Origin: Takakia lepidozioides | Lineage: Eukaryota > Plantae > Bryophyta | Direction of reading: 5' to 3' | Assembly (NCBI GenBank): GCA_030704615.1 | Contig: JAKLZA010000333.1 | Location: 1-34,661, forward strand | Length of the DNA stretch: 34,661 nt | Part shown: positions 33,220 to 34,661 of the stretch, piece by piece | Layout: each line of letters opens with the position of its first letter | Position numbering within the stretch: position 1 is the first letter of the stretch | Position numbers and translations under genes: made by a program | The notes under the pieces: generated by a model | Told to the model about the DNA's origin: nothing | Seen by the model: the letters and a program-made list of their open reading frames with translations, nothing else | Databases searched by the model: none

Positions 33220-34661
33220 CTTCCTGGGATCCACAAGAAGGTCCTCTTTTTACCACAATGTGTCCCAAAAGTACCCCTGAATTCACACCAGAAAGTACAC
33301 TTCTCATATTCGGCCACCACCCACCCACCCAAACATCTCATCCGATCTGGCCCAAACATACCTCCACAAAAAAAATTTATGAAAGTGCTCATTCTTAGAG
33401 CTTACACACTGAAATCATCTAAGAACACCTGCATGAAATCATCAGATAATCATGGAAAGATTACTTATCACTTTCTGAAAAAGTGGCTGGTGCATTACAA
33501 AGTCCAAAAGCATGACTGTATGCATAAGCACCCCAGTCTGTGTGAAAGATGTCTTTCTTGGTCTTGCTCTGGCACTGGCATGGTTATCCCACTGAAGCCA
33601 TCATGAATGAGTAATATCAGGCCTGCCACAGTGTCCAGTACCGCGTCTGTGAATGGCAAAGGAAATGATCTCGTGTACAAGCATTCAAACTTCTTAAGTT
33701 CCAAACAAATCTAGGTTACCATTCTTCTTGTGGAACTATCACAAGGGTGACAAACCAGTTGTATATTCTTGGGTCTATAAAATTAGCCTCAGCCAATTTC
33801 TTGTCTCTTCCCCAACCTTCTGGGCAATAGTTGGGATTCATTCTGTACCTTGCCGTTTAATTGGTAGACCCTAGTTCCGTTCAATCTATGCGACAAGATC
33901 GCATGTGGTATCTCTTTCAGATCATCATAGCTCCAAGACAAATACATCTCTGTATTGATGAACAAAACTCTTAGCTTCCTCAAAAGAATTCTGCTCCAAG
34001 TCAGCCCTACTTCACCATTCTCGGTTCCTCCTCGTTTCCACATTCACTTCTTCACCTGTCATCAGCTGTGATTGTCCAAACAGTCACTACTTTCATCCTG
34101 TAAACTCACAGCTAGGTCTTCTAGGATTTCCATTTCTCCCTCTCTTTCTTATAGAAATGTGGTGGGTAACTGCTTGTTTCACCCTCAATTGGTGTTGCTG
34201 TCACTACACCACAACAGATACCTTTAAAAAAACTAGGCCTCCAGTTGCATTTCTGCAACCTGCTCCCACTTTGGGTGTGCAACGAACAGGGTAGCTTCCT
34301 GCTCCTCATCAAGTCCTCGCATCCGGTCATACTCTTTGACTCCTCGAGGTCTTCTCGTAGCAGGTAGTCTACTAGATTTCTTTGTGGTGATTTGTCTCTT
34401 GTGCTCCATCATGCACAGTAGTAACTGGGAATTCAGTCATGGAATACCCTGGCCTGTCAGCCATGGTCGACCCAGACAATAAGGATAGATTCCACACAAA
34501 TGGCTGTACATTCTTTGATCTGCCATTGTTACTGTGAATGGGGCGAGTTTATGTTACTTAACCAAGCTTCTGCCCTTAATTGGTCTGTCATGATATTCAC
34601 TCCAGAACCTCCATCTATCAGTACATCAGACAAGATCTGTGCTTCCACTTCTCAATTGATT
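33220..34661 (-). pseudogene. Decayed Ty3/Gypsy pol, 5' piece (protease and RT); same element as 18600-20125
   Basis: VLIDGGSGVNIM (~34615), LGRPWL, WSYDDLKEIP, FPLPFTDAVLDTVAG, GLCNAPATF, LLGHIV; many stops and shifts. Confidence 0.88.

Overview
Eukaryotic DNA, most likely from a seed-free land plant, made almost entirely of nested transposable elements. From left to right: (1) the 5' part of a Ty3/Gypsy-like retrotransposon on the - strand (LTR remnant, tRNA-Lys-like PBS, gag, protease) with a DNMT3-like C5 cytosine methyltransferase domain straight after the protease; (2) a truncated Mutator-like (MULE) DNA transposon; (3) a near-complete chromovirus (6308-13291); (4) a probable CACTA-type element carrying intron-containing fragments of a COMT-like O-methyltransferase and an OSB/PDF-repeat gene; (5) an old Ty3 pol on the - strand, split inside RT by (6) a complete ~13.1 kb MULE (20126-33219, 8-9 bp TSD). 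That MULE is the standout. It carries a DDE/SWIM transposase and a divergently oriented, spliced gene that fuses a ParB/Srx-like DGNHR domain to a beta-class amino (N4-C/N6-A) DNA methyltransferase-like domain. Its non-coding parts hold roughly 30 copies of a palindrome with core GGAAATTCGGCGCCGAATTTCC. All family assignments come from motif recognition by eye; no database searches were run.
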